Shown here piece after piece: positions 19,038 through 28,721 of a stretch of DNA of 64,000 nucleotides. The stretch comes from Candidatus Latescibacterota bacterium (GTDB lineage: Bacteria > Latescibacterota > UBA2968 > UBA8231), in NCBI GenBank assembly GCA_965248265.1, contig CBDFJF010000002.1, forward strand, positions 2,880,001 to 2,944,000, given 5' to 3'. The notes under the pieces were generated by a model that was given only the letters and a program-made list of their open reading frames with translations, did not search any database and was not told the DNA's origin. A program made the translations under genes and the position numbers. Numbering within the stretch: the first letter of the stretch is position 1; each line of letters starts with the position of its first letter.

Positions 19038-19832
19038 CTACACCAGCCCTTCTTCCTCAGCAACCTGCAGCCGTTGCTCGAGATGACGCATGCGGCCCGT
19101 TCCCGCTGTGCGCAGCATGGCTTCGCCGTACACCCTGCCATCCTCAACACTATCAGTCACCAACTGGACCAGATGCACGAGCTGCTCGCCTGACATGTGC
19201 TCTTCGAAGTTGTAGGTGAACATCCGTCGTCTGGTGCCGCCGCCCCAGGAGCTGTGTTTTGTCTTGTGGTTGAACAGCAGCATGTCGCCGGGAGTCGATT
19301 CCACCGCGCGGGCTGGTACTTCGCGGCCATGCACGCCCCATGCTTCTTTTGTGCGATCGTAACGTGATCTGGGCGCCACTTCGTGGAGGGCGTCGCTGAA
19401 GGCATCACCGTGATGGCAACTGCCCGGAATGACACGCAGACAACCGCTGTCTGCGTCGACCGGGTCGAGGTAGAAGGCGATTTTCAACGAGCGGAAAGGG
19501 ACATCGATGGGACGGTCCGAGTGCCAGTTGGTATCACCGACGTAGTAATTTCCGTCGCTGCCGGTGTAGTTGTAGTCGTCGCCGAGTATGGAGCCAACGA
19601 CGAGATCGATGCGCGGATCGTCGATGAGACTGGACAGGTAGTCGCTGCGGTCTATGAAAGGTATCAAACCGGAGCGTGTCAGGTGGTCATGCGTGTGTCC
19701 GCTCTCAGACCACACGTGCTCGAATTCAGTGGTGATGTCATCGATTTCGGCCGCGAAGAGGCCGGGGAATACCAGGAACCCGAAGCTGTCGAAGTAAGTC
19801 AGCTGCTGTTCTGTCAGGGTCGGCGTAATCAT
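19038..19832 (-). CDS. PhyH family Fe(II)/2OG oxygenase
   Basis: FDSFGFLV, WHSD, GCLRVIPGS, PGDMLLFNHKTKHSS. Confidence 0.9.
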   Translation of the reverse strand: MITPTLTEQQLTYFDSFGFLVFPGLFAAEIDDITTEFEHVWSESGHTHDHLTRSGLIPFIDRSDYLSSLIDDPRIDLVVGSILGDDYNYTGSDGNYYVGDTNWHSDRPIDVPFRSLKIAFYLDPVDADSGCLRVIPGSCHHGDAFSDALHEVAPRSRYDRTKEAWGVHGREVPARAVESTPGDMLLFNHKTKHSSWGGGTRRRMFTYNFEEHMSGEQLVHLVQLVTDSVEDGRVYGEAMLRTAGTGRMRHLEQRLQVAEEEGLV

Positions 19833-20117
19833 GACGACAATATAGGGCAACGGCCGGCGTCAGAGTGTACAGTCAAACAGTTAGGGCAGATAGTTAGGGC
19901 GGACCGATCGTAATGCGTTGTGGTCCGGAAGCGCCGGAGGGAATGAGGGCATCTAACAGGGGGCTGGCTGTTCGTCGAGCTCCCCTTGCCAGGGTTTGTA
20001 TGTTGCCATGGAAGTCACCCGGGGCGATACGGATTGCTCTGTCAATGAGGGGATGGCCCGTCTTCAACGGTATCGCGCCAATCATGCGATGCTCTTCGCG
20101 GTTTTAAATCCTCTGTG

Positions 20118-21123
20118 TCAATTCGCTGCCAATACCGCAGCAATGCCGACTCTCACAGTGAATTCATTGGCAGCGGTCTCCTCGTCAAACCAGTGGCGAT
20201 ACCCAGCTTCGAATTTTACGACGAGAGTTTTCTGAATGAGCTGGCGGTTGCCGACGCTGACGCCGACGCCCCAATTCGTGTCTGAGACTTCGTCAAACGA
20301 TGTATGGAGAAGAGCGCCATGTCCCGAGACGTATGGAGAATTCGTATGGGCTCCGGCAAAAAGGTATGCGACCCGACCTTCCAATCCCAAGATCGTGACA
20401 CTTTCCCCGTCGGATGAAACTCTGGAAAAATTCAATTGCGGCTCGACTGCCACCTTTGGCCTGGGAAAAAAGGAGGCGAAGACCATCGGTTGACTCAACA
20501 ACCCGCCGCCAGGGATACCAACACTGACGATATTATCTTCATCCGCATCATCGGGCGATATGATGCTGAGACCTGCATAAGTGCCGATCTCAACCAATGG
20601 TGCGCCGCCGGATGGGGCTGCTACCGGTACCACAGCTTGCGGCTCCTGGAAGACTGGCTTGGCGCTTGCCTTTGGCACCACTGGAGATTCCGTCTCTTTT
20701 CTCACCTGTGTCTGGATCTCGGGTTCGTTTGCGGATCGCGTTGCGATGGCGCCCCGATGGTACCAGCCTGAGTTCAACTTTGGCCTGCTGTTCACCGCTG
20801 CCGTGCCATACGCTGTACAGAATCGTGCCGGCTTCCGGGTGGCCTGCAGGCGCCATCGACCGAGCCCAGCGAAACCGCTCTATGGCATTGGGCAACACAC
20901 CAAACACCTTGGCGATGACAGTGATCTGGCTCGAATCCAATCGCACCGCATTCACGGTCCTATAGCCCGGTACGTCCCCTCTCATTGCCACCATATCCTC
21001 TTGGGTGACCTGCGCGCTCTCCTGGGGTGGGGTGGATTCGACTTCCTGCTGGGCGTGTACGAAAGCAGGCAATGTACCCGTCAGCGATACGAGAATAATC
21101 GCGACCTGGATCAGTTTTTTCAT
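20118..21123 (-). pseudogene. Secreted/outer-membrane beta-barrel protein split by one extra base near 20752-20755 (or sequencing error)
   Basis: The signal-peptide ORF (from 21123) and the amphipathic beta-strand ORF (ending 20118) join if one G of TCGGGGC is removed. The 1006 bp span is 3n+1. Confidence 0.65.
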
Positions 21124-21295
21124 ACCTGCAATCCTTCTCCGTTCGTTTTAACGTTGTTCACCCCAGCCAACGGGCGGACGGCGATCGTGGCGGACAGTTG
21201 GGGCCATGTCAAACGCCGGTTTTCCAGGTAGGAGTCGGCGAGTACACGATTCTCTGAAACCCAACCCCGCCTAGTGCTCTGTTAAGAAATCGAGC

Positions 21296-21324
21296 TTGTA
21301 TTTTGTCGTAAGTCGTGGTATCAT
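21296..21324 (+). promoter_or_regulatory. IS630 transposase promoter
   Basis: TTGTAT, 17 bp spacer, extended -10 TGgTATCAT. AGGAGG RBS downstream. Confidence 0.6.
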
Positions 21325-21360
21325 GGATACATATGGTGAATCCTTCAGGAGGGTGATGCT

Positions 21361-22421
21361 ATGTGTCTCCATGCTCGTTCGCCGAACGCGGCGGAGTCTA
21401 AGGAACTGGGACGGTGGCTGAAACGGCCTCGCAACGCCGTGCAGATGCGCCGTGGGCAGTTGATCTCGTTCAGCGCCCAGGGCATGCGCGTCCAGGAGAT
21501 CTCGGATACACTGCATCTGCATGAGGAGTACGTTCGCCAGTTGATCCGCCAGTACAACGAAGGGGGATTGACGGTTTTGCGCACTCGGGCACGTCCGGGG
21601 CGTCCTTCGAAGTTGACGCCGGAAGACGAATCCGTGGTGGTGGAAATTGCCACGATGCCTCCTCGCGCGTTCGGCCAGCCGTTCAACCAGTGGTCGTTGC
21701 GCAAGCTGACTGACTGCCTGGTGGGACGGCAGATGATTCCCGAGGTTTCGCATGTGACCATCGGAAAAATCTTGGATCAACATAAGGTTACCTATCAACG
21801 CACGCGCACTTGGAAAGAATCAAAGGACCCGGAGTTTGTCTCTAAAAAAAACGCATCAACCGACTCTACAAGCGGGCGCCGAAAGACACGGTCGTAGTCT
21901 GTTTCGACGAACTGGGACCAGTCCAGATCAAGCCGCATGCCGGTGCTTCCTGGGCCCCACACAAGCGCCCGGTCCGGCATCGGGCAACCTATAGCCGCCA
22001 CGGCGGCGTCAGCTATTTCTTTGGAGCCTATAACGTCCATGAGGACATCCTGTGGATGCATCACAAACCCAAGAAACACGCGTCGGTCGTACTCGATTTC
22101 CTCAAGGCCATTCGGCTCCGCTATCGCACGGCGAAGCGGATCTATGTCGTCATGGATAATCTGTCGACGCACAAGACACCGCCGATCTTGCAGTGGTGCC
22201 GACGAAACCGGGTCTCGCCGGTCTTCACCGCCACCAACGCGTCATGGATGAATCGGCTCGAATGTCACCTCACGGCAGCCCATTACTTCGTCATCAAAAA
22301 CAGCGATCCCAACGATCATCGAGAAGTCGGCCAGCGCATGCAGGAGTACCTGAGGTGGCGAAACAAGAACACCGACAACGCCAAGCTGGCCAAAGTCCAA
22401 AACTCAATGCCCACTCTTTAA
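21361..22421 (+). CDS. IS630 transposase, expressed through a -1 frameshift at the A8 run 21844-21851
   Basis: HTH ORF (RPGRPSKLT, WSLRKL, TWKESKDPEF). The -1 frame gives KRINRLY...VVCFDELGP...VMDNLSTHK...ASWMNRLE (DDE). Confidence 0.9.
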
Positions 22422-22447
22422 CAGAGCACTAGGGAGCCCAACCACCA

Positions 22448-23926
22448 ATGCGCATCGCCACCGGCGCCATCTGTCACGAAACCAGCACCTTCACCACCGT
22501 CGCCACCACCTGGGAGAGCTGGTGCGACCACCGCTTCGGCTACCTAACCGGCGATGCCATCCTGGACAAGTTCGGGGGTACGAACTCCGCCATCGGCGGC
22601 TTCATGGCCGGGGCCGACAAGCACGGCTTCAAGCTCATCCCGACCATCTTCGCCAACGCCAATCCCAGCGGGGTGACCTCGCGGGAGGTCTTCGACCGCA
22701 TCCTCAATGACCTGCTCGAGCGGCTTAAGTCAGCCGGCCCACTCGACGGGGTCATCCTAAGTCTGCACGGGGCCATGGTGGCCGAGGGGATCGACGACGG
22801 GGAGGGGCATATTCTCGCCGCCATTCGCAACCTGGTCGGTCCTTCCGTCCCCATCATCAGTGAACTCGACATCCACACCAACATGTCGACGCAGATGGTG
22901 GTCATGGCGGATGCCCTGGTCGTCCACCAGACCTTCCCCGAGATCGATCAGGAGGAGTGCGGGCTCAAGTGCGCCCAGATCATGAATGGGATGCTGCGCG
23001 AAGGCCTGCGCCCGACCATGGCGCTGCATCAGCTGCCGCTGGTGTGGGGGATGAACCAGATCACCAAGCACCCGCCCATGTGCGACGCCATCGCCGAGCT
23101 GCACAAGATCGAAGCCCAGCCCGAAGTCGTCACCGCTTCGATTTGTACCGCGTTCCCGCTGGCCGACATTCCCCACATGGGCGCCTCCGTCATCGTGACA
23201 TCAGATAACAACGAAGAGCTAGCTCAGAGCTACGCCGACCAATTGGCCGCCTACCTGTGGAAGCGGCGCGCGGAGTGGCAGTCCGAGTGGAAGCCGACGC
23301 GGGACTACCTCGAGCAGGCCGAGTCGGAGGGGAAATTCCCGGTCGTGTTCGCCGACCGCAACGACAACACCGGCGGCGGCGCTCCCGGCGACGGCACTGC
23401 CATGCTGCGCACCTTCATTGATGCCAAGTTGCAGGATGCCTGTCTGCTGTACATCGTCGACAAAGAAGCGGTGGGACAATGTGAGAAGGCCGGAGTTGGG
23501 GGGACGTTGACTCTGAAAGTTGGCGCCAAGTCGACGCCGCTGCAGGGCGAGCCGATCGAGATGACGGTCGAGGTGGTGGCCCTGTCCGATGGCCGCTTCG
23601 AGTACGAAGGCCCGCGCAATCGCGGCCTGTCCGGGTGCATGGGCCCCAGCGCCCATATCGTCCAGGACGGCGTCCATGTTCTGCTGTGCAGCGACCGCGA
23701 GCAGCCCTACGATACCGCCCTGGCAAAGACCCTGGGCCTGGATCCGCGGGAGATGCGTTATATCGGTCTCAAATCGGCGGGGCATTTTCGGGCCTGTTAC
23801 GAGGAGTTTGCCGGCAACATCTTTTCGGTCTCGGAGCCCAATGTGCATGATCACGAGTTGATCAAGGGGCATTACAAGAATCTGGGGCGGAAGCTGTATC
23901 CCTTTGATGACGTTGAGACTTATTGA
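22448..23926 (+). CDS. M81 family metallopeptidase (MlrC-like)
   Basis: HETSTF, LHGAMVAE, ELDIHTN, DNTGGGAPGD, KSAGHFRA. Confidence 0.92.
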   Translation: MRIATGAICHETSTFTTVATTWESWCDHRFGYLTGDAILDKFGGTNSAIGGFMAGADKHGFKLIPTIFANANPSGVTSREVFDRILNDLLERLKSAGPLDGVILSLHGAMVAEGIDDGEGHILAAIRNLVGPSVPIISELDIHTNMSTQMVVMADALVVHQTFPEIDQEECGLKCAQIMNGMLREGLRPTMALHQLPLVWGMNQITKHPPMCDAIAELHKIEAQPEVVTASICTAFPLADIPHMGASVIVTSDNNEELAQSYADQLAAYLWKRRAEWQSEWKPTRDYLEQAESEGKFPVVFADRNDNTGGGAPGDGTAMLRTFIDAKLQDACLLYIVDKEAVGQCEKAGVGGTLTLKVGAKSTPLQGEPIEMTVEVVALSDGRFEYEGPRNRGLSGCMGPSAHIVQDGVHVLLCSDREQPYDTALAKTLGLDPREMRYIGLKSAGHFRACYEEFAGNIFSVSEPNVHDHELIKGHYKNLGRKLYPFDDVETY

Positions 23927-23936
23927 GTGAGTTCGG

Positions 23937-23972
23937 TTGCGCCGGAGTGTGAGTGATGGTAAATTTGATGGT
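23937..23972 (+). promoter_or_regulatory. Promoter of the VapBC pair with TGATGGTA direct repeats
   Basis: TTGCGC 23937-23942, 17 bp spacer, extended -10 TGgTAAATT 23957-23965. TGATGGTA at 23954 and 23966. Confidence 0.6.
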
Positions 23973-24242
23973 ATGAAAACGATGACGCACAGAACCACCT
24001 TTGCTCTCGATGAGGAGACGGCGGGACGTTTGCGGCGTCTGTCGGCTGCCTGGCAGGTGTCTCAGGCCGAGGTCGTGCGCCGGTCGCTGGCTCTTGCAGA
24101 AACCTCCAGTGCTACCGGTGCAGATGCGGCTCAGCTTCTCCGGAAGGTACACGCATCGGGCGAGGGCCTGGTCCGGGAGGAGGCAGAGAAATACCTGGCG
24201 GAAGTACGGGCGGACCGTGACCAGTGGCGTGAGGAGGAGTGA
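23973..24242 (+). CDS. CopG/RHH antitoxin (VapB-like)
   Basis: RTTFALDEETAGRLRRLSAAWQVSQAEVVRRSL. Confidence 0.8.
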   Translation: MKTMTHRTTFALDEETAGRLRRLSAAWQVSQAEVVRRSLALAETSSATGADAAQLLRKVHASGEGLVREEAEKYLAEVRADRDQWREEE

Positions 24243-24617
24243 GTGATCTGCCTGGACACCAATTACCTCATTCTGGGATTGGTGCCTGACAGCAGGGAGG
24301 CAGAAGAGCTCATTGAATGGAGCGAAGAAGGGGAGCGTTTCTGCACTTCGTCGACGAGCTGGTACGAGTTTCTATGTGGTCCCGTAGATACCACGCAGGT
24401 ATCGACCATGCGGGGGGTGCTGGAGAGTGTCCTGCCATTCGGTACACCCCAGGCGGAAGAGGCAGCAAGACTGTACAACGCCACCGGGCGCACGCGCCGA
24501 CTCAGAGTGGATGCCATGATCGCCTCCGCAGCCACCACCAACAACGTCCCACTGGCCACCAACAACCGTGAAGACTTCGAGACTTTCGTGCCTTTTGGGC
24601 TTAGGTTGCTGGACTGA
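24243..24617 (+). CDS. vapC: PIN domain toxin VapC
   Basis: CLDTNYLI, WYEFLCG, VDAMIASAA, LATNNREDF. Confidence 0.9.
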   Translation: MICLDTNYLILGLVPDSREAEELIEWSEEGERFCTSSTSWYEFLCGPVDTTQVSTMRGVLESVLPFGTPQAEEAARLYNATGRTRRLRVDAMIASAATTNNVPLATNNREDFETFVPFGLRLLD

Positions 24618-24644
24618 ACTTCCTCAACTCTCCGGAGATCCCCA

Positions 24645-26210
24645 ATGAAAAAGCCGCGTCTGATCTACTACAACGACGCCCATCATTTCCACGGCAAGCG
24701 CGTCGAGCCGCCGGCCAGCATCCACATGCTGCAGTGGCCGGTCGACGAAGTGGCCGGTACCGGCGCCGATACTCTCGCTCTGGGTCTCGGCTACGCCGAC
24801 GTCTACTTCCATCAGACCAAGATTGGCCGGGTAATCGGTCAGCAGAAGGAAGTGTGGGAGAATTTCATCGACTGGCGCATCATGCGAATGGTCGACGAGG
24901 CTCAGAAGCTGGGTACCGACCAGGTGCGCCAGGTCATCAACCGCGGCAAGGAGCTGGGGGTCAATGTATTTCCCAGCCTCAAGCTGCAGGACGGGTCCGC
25001 GCCGGGTGGAGAGCGCTGCGGCAAGCTCAAGATGGATGAGGGGGAAAAGGTCTGCATAGGTGAGGGCCGCGCCGAGTGGGCCTACGACTATGCCGTGGAC
25101 CTGGTGCGGGAGCACAAGCTCGCCATCATCGAAGAGCTGCTCACTGACTGGGCCCCATATGGTCTCGAACTCGATTTCATGTTCGGCAGCAATTACTTCA
25201 AGGAGGGGGAGAAAAACGCCGCCAAAATCATGACCGGGTTCATGGGCGACATCCGCAAGCTTGCCCGCGAGATCGGCAAGAAGCAGGACCGGGAAATCCC
25301 GATCATGGCCCGGGTGCCTCTGGAGAAGGAGCAATGCCTGGACCTGGCTCTGGACGTGGAGGCGTGGTTTGCCGAGGGCAGCATCGATTACATCGTCGGT
25401 CAGGATGGTTGCGTGCTCAGCGACTCGCAACCCAAGGCGGACTGGTTGCCCAAGGCGGCCAACAAGGCGGGTGGTGCGGCCTACTACAGGCCGCCGCGGC
25501 GGGTCTACGACGAGCGCGTCGGCGTGCCCAGCATCGACATGACCCGGGCCCTGAGCCAAACCCTGCATCAGGGCGGGTATTCGGGGCTCTACCATGGTTA
25601 TATGCGATGGCCGTTGGACGATGCCGAGTACCGCTTTCTGCGCGAGGCGGCCTTTCCCGAAGTCAGCGCCCGCAAGCCCAAGCGCTATCTGTTGCAGCCG
25701 CGCGAAGGGGTGGAGGGTGAAGAGACGTCCACGCCCGACCGGTCATTGCCGATCGAATTGGTCGAAGGCGAGACCGCTAAGGTCAGCATTTGGATCGCCG
25801 ACGACGTCGAGGGAGCCAGGAAGGACAAGGAGATGCGTAAGCCGCTGATGACCCTGCGCTTCAGTTACTTCTGCATCGAGGATGATGTGGAATTCCGCTT
25901 CAATGGCCGGGTGTTGCCGTGGGAGGAAGCGGAGATCACTGACGAGCGTGCCCTGACCATGGCTACCAAGCTGGCAGGCAGCATGAACATCCAGGCTCCG
26001 TTGGGCATGTCTGCTCACTGGTTCCGCTACAAGCTCGAGATCGATGATGTGAAGCAGGGGGAGAACATCATTGAGGCCGAGTGCCGCAAGCATGATAAGC
26101 GCGCCGGGTTTGCGCGCTTCCTGAACGGGGTCGATATCGTCATGCGCTACCGCGACATGGAGCGGCCGGAGGGGCTCGGAGTGCAGCGGATCGAGGCGCC
26201 TCCGGGATGA
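24645..26210 (+). CDS. Glycoside hydrolase-like (GHL10-type TIM barrel) protein, copy 1
   Basis: RLIYYND, YDYAVDLVRE, GLELDF, DVEAW..EGSIDY pattern. Confidence 0.7.
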   Translation: MKKPRLIYYNDAHHFHGKRVEPPASIHMLQWPVDEVAGTGADTLALGLGYADVYFHQTKIGRVIGQQKEVWENFIDWRIMRMVDEAQKLGTDQVRQVINRGKELGVNVFPSLKLQDGSAPGGERCGKLKMDEGEKVCIGEGRAEWAYDYAVDLVREHKLAIIEELLTDWAPYGLELDFMFGSNYFKEGEKNAAKIMTGFMGDIRKLAREIGKKQDREIPIMARVPLEKEQCLDLALDVEAWFAEGSIDYIVGQDGCVLSDSQPKADWLPKAANKAGGAAYYRPPRRVYDERVGVPSIDMTRALSQTLHQGGYSGLYHGYMRWPLDDAEYRFLREAAFPEVSARKPKRYLLQPREGVEGEETSTPDRSLPIELVEGETAKVSIWIADDVEGARKDKEMRKPLMTLRFSYFCIEDDVEFRFNGRVLPWEEAEITDERALTMATKLAGSMNIQAPLGMSAHWFRYKLEIDDVKQGENIIEAECRKHDKRAGFARFLNGVDIVMRYRDMERPEGLGVQRIEAPPG

Positions 26211-26270
26211 TCTGTTGCACGATATTACCCGGAAGGCCTCAGCACCGAAGCAGCAAGCACTGAGCGAGCC

Positions 26271-27842
26271 ATGAACAAGCCACGTCTGATTTACTACAAC
26301 GACGGCCATCACTTCCACGCCAAGCGCATGGAGCCGCCGGCCAGCATCCACATGCTGCAGTGGCCGGTCGACGAAATCGCCGGCACCGGGGTCGATACCC
26401 TCGTCCTCGGACTCGGCTACGGCGATGTCTTCTTCCACCAGAGCAAGGTCGGCCGCGTCGTCGGCCAACACAAGGAGGTGTGGGAGAACTACATCGACTG
26501 GCGCATCATGCGCATGGTCGACGAGGCTGCCAAACTGGGCACTGACCAGGTGCGGGAGGTCATCAAGCGGGGGAGACAGCTGGGGGTCACGGTGATTCCC
26601 AGTCTCAAGATGCAGGCAGGGCAGGCTCCTGGTGCGCAGCGCTGCGGCAGGCTCAAGTGGGACCAGAAGGAAAAGGTCTGTATCGGCGAAGAGGGTCGAA
26701 ACGAGTGGGCCTATGACTTTGCCCTGGATGTCGTGCGCGAATACAAGCTGGCGCTGGCGGAAGAGATCCTCAGTGACTACGAGGCCGACGGCCTCGAGCT
26801 CGACTTCATGTTCGGCAAGAAATACTTCAAGGACACGGAAGCCGACGCTGCCGGCATCATGAGCCAGTTCATGGCACAGCTGCGCAAACTGTCGCGTGAC
26901 GTGGGTGAAAAACAGAGTCGGGGGGAGATCCCGATCATGGCGCGCATTTGTCTGGAGCGTGAGGACAATCTGGCGATGGGCCTGGACGTGGAAGCCTGGC
27001 TGGCGGATGGCAGTGTCGATTACGTCGTCGGCCAGGACGGCCGCATTCTCAGCGACACCGAGCCCAAGCCGGACTGGCTGCCAAAGGCGGCCAATGCTGC
27101 TGGCGGAGCGGCGTACTACCGGCCACCGCGTCGGGTTTACGACGAACGCGTCGGTCTTCCCAGCATCGACATGAGCCGAGCCCTGAGCCAGACCCTGCGT
27201 CTTGGGGGTTACTCCGGGCTCTACCACGGCTACATGCGCTGGCCGTTGGATGATGCCGAGTACCGGTTCCTGCGTGAGGCGGCCTTTCCTGAGGTCAGTG
27301 CGCGCAAGCCGAAACGATACCTCCTGCAGCCGCGAGAGGGGATCGAAGGGGAGGAGACGTCAACCCCCGACCGGTCATTGCCGATCGAATTGGTCGAGGG
27401 CGATACCGCGAAGGTCAGCATCTGGATCGCCGACGACGTCAAAGGCGCCAAAAAGGACAAGGAGATGCGCAAGCCGCTTTTGACCCTGCGCTTCTGCTAC
27501 TTCTGCATCGAGGATGACATCGAATTCCGTTTCAATGGGCGGGTGCTGCCCTGGGAGGATGCGGAGATCACGGATGAGCGCGCCTTGACCATGGCTACCA
27601 AGCTGGCCGGCAGCATGAACATCCAGGCGCCGCTGGGCATGTCCGCGCACTGGTTCCGCTACAAACTCGAGATCGATGATGTGAAGCAGGGGGAGAACAT
27701 CATCGAGGCCGAGTGCCGCAAGCACGACAAGCGCGCCGGGTTCACGCGCAGTTTGAACGGCGTCGATATCGTGATGCGTTACCGCGATATGGAAAGACCT
27801 GAGGGGTTGTTCATGTCGCACATCGAGGCGCCTCCGGGGTGA
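26271..27842 (+). CDS. Glycoside hydrolase-like (GHL10-type TIM barrel) protein, copy 2
   Basis: Full-length tandem paralog of 24645-26210; DGLELDF. Confidence 0.7.
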   Translation: MNKPRLIYYNDGHHFHAKRMEPPASIHMLQWPVDEIAGTGVDTLVLGLGYGDVFFHQSKVGRVVGQHKEVWENYIDWRIMRMVDEAAKLGTDQVREVIKRGRQLGVTVIPSLKMQAGQAPGAQRCGRLKWDQKEKVCIGEEGRNEWAYDFALDVVREYKLALAEEILSDYEADGLELDFMFGKKYFKDTEADAAGIMSQFMAQLRKLSRDVGEKQSRGEIPIMARICLEREDNLAMGLDVEAWLADGSVDYVVGQDGRILSDTEPKPDWLPKAANAAGGAAYYRPPRRVYDERVGLPSIDMSRALSQTLRLGGYSGLYHGYMRWPLDDAEYRFLREAAFPEVSARKPKRYLLQPREGIEGEETSTPDRSLPIELVEGDTAKVSIWIADDVKGAKKDKEMRKPLLTLRFCYFCIEDDIEFRFNGRVLPWEDAEITDERALTMATKLAGSMNIQAPLGMSAHWFRYKLEIDDVKQGENIIEAECRKHDKRAGFTRSLNGVDIVMRYRDMERPEGLFMSHIEAPPG

Positions 27843-27863
27843 GGAGAGTGGCCGACCTGATCT

Positions 27864-28607
27864 TCACCAGGTGAAGGGCAGGTACTCGGAAGGGGAGAAG
27901 CCGTCCTGGAAGTAGATGGCGACGTTGAGTGTTCCCTCGGCGCCATCTTTGAGCGGGATATTGGGAAGGCGGGCGCTGCTGGCATCCCACTCGAAGACAT
28001 TGCTGATCACGTTGCCGCCGAAGGGGAAGAGGAGAACCTTGTACCACATGTCCGGCCGGGTGCCCTCCGGAGGGGTCCACTCGGCGACGAGATCGTCGCC
28101 CTCGCGACGCCAGGTGACGTCGGTTGGAAAGCCGATCGTCTCCGGGACGTAGTCGACTATCTGAGTAAGGACGATCTCCTCGCCTTCATAGTACAGGAAG
28201 CGGTATTCTCCAGCCACCGGCAGGCCGTCATCGGGCGGCCCGTAGAGGACGAAGCGCCGGGTGATCTCACCTGAATAGCTGTTGATGCAAAAATCCTTGT
28301 CGAGCTCGAAGCGACGGCCATCCGGAGCTTCCACGATCACGGCGGTGACCGTCCACAGGAAGCAGGTCTCCAGTTCGTCAGACTCCACATTGGTGCAGTT
28401 GCTCTTGAACTCGTAGCTGGGGCCGTCGAAGGCGTTGATGGTCCAGACGTTAGGCCAGACCGGGTCGTTGACGAAGGGGCGCGTCTCCGGCTGCGGTCCA
28501 TTGGGGGATCCGTTGGGATCTCCGCTGTGGTCCTCGTCGCCGCAGGCGATCATGTTGGCCATGCCGGCGACCAGCAGGATCCAGGTCAGTGATCCATTCT
28601 TCGCCAT
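27864..28607 (-). CDS. Hypothetical lipoprotein
   Basis: Hydrophobic N-terminus, MIAC lipobox-like site, Pro/Gly linker, beta-rich body with an FnIII-like C-terminus. Confidence 0.7.
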   Translation of the reverse strand: MAKNGSLTWILLVAGMANMIACGDEDHSGDPNGSPNGPQPETRPFVNDPVWPNVWTINAFDGPSYEFKSNCTNVESDELETCFLWTVTAVIVEAPDGRRFELDKDFCINSYSGEITRRFVLYGPPDDGLPVAGEYRFLYYEGEEIVLTQIVDYVPETIGFPTDVTWRREGDDLVAEWTPPEGTRPDMWYKVLLFPFGGNVISNVFEWDASSARLPNIPLKDGAEGTLNVAIYFQDGFSPSEYLPFTW

Positions 28608-28721
28608 CGAAGTTACGCTCCATCTTCGCTTCGGTGCAGGGGTCGTTCTAATATATCGGCCCGGGTTCGAGGCAAGAGTGTAACCGGGGTCACACAAGCC
28701 GAAGTTGGTGGACTATACCGT

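Larger units (their letters stand above)
21272..22431 (+). mobile_element. IS630 family insertion sequence, intact
   Basis: Perfect inverted CTAGTGCTCTGTTAA (21271-21285) / TTAACAGAGCACTAG (22418-22432), including the duplicated TA of a CTAG target. Confidence 0.93.

Noticed and set aside
19879-19900. GTTAGGGC twice, as an integron att core
   Set aside because: No matching inverse core or attC hairpin, and no integrase in the window
21844-21851. Transposase frameshift as pseudogenisation
   Set aside because: An A-run -1 frameshift between the HTH and DDE ORFs is a normal IS630 expression mode
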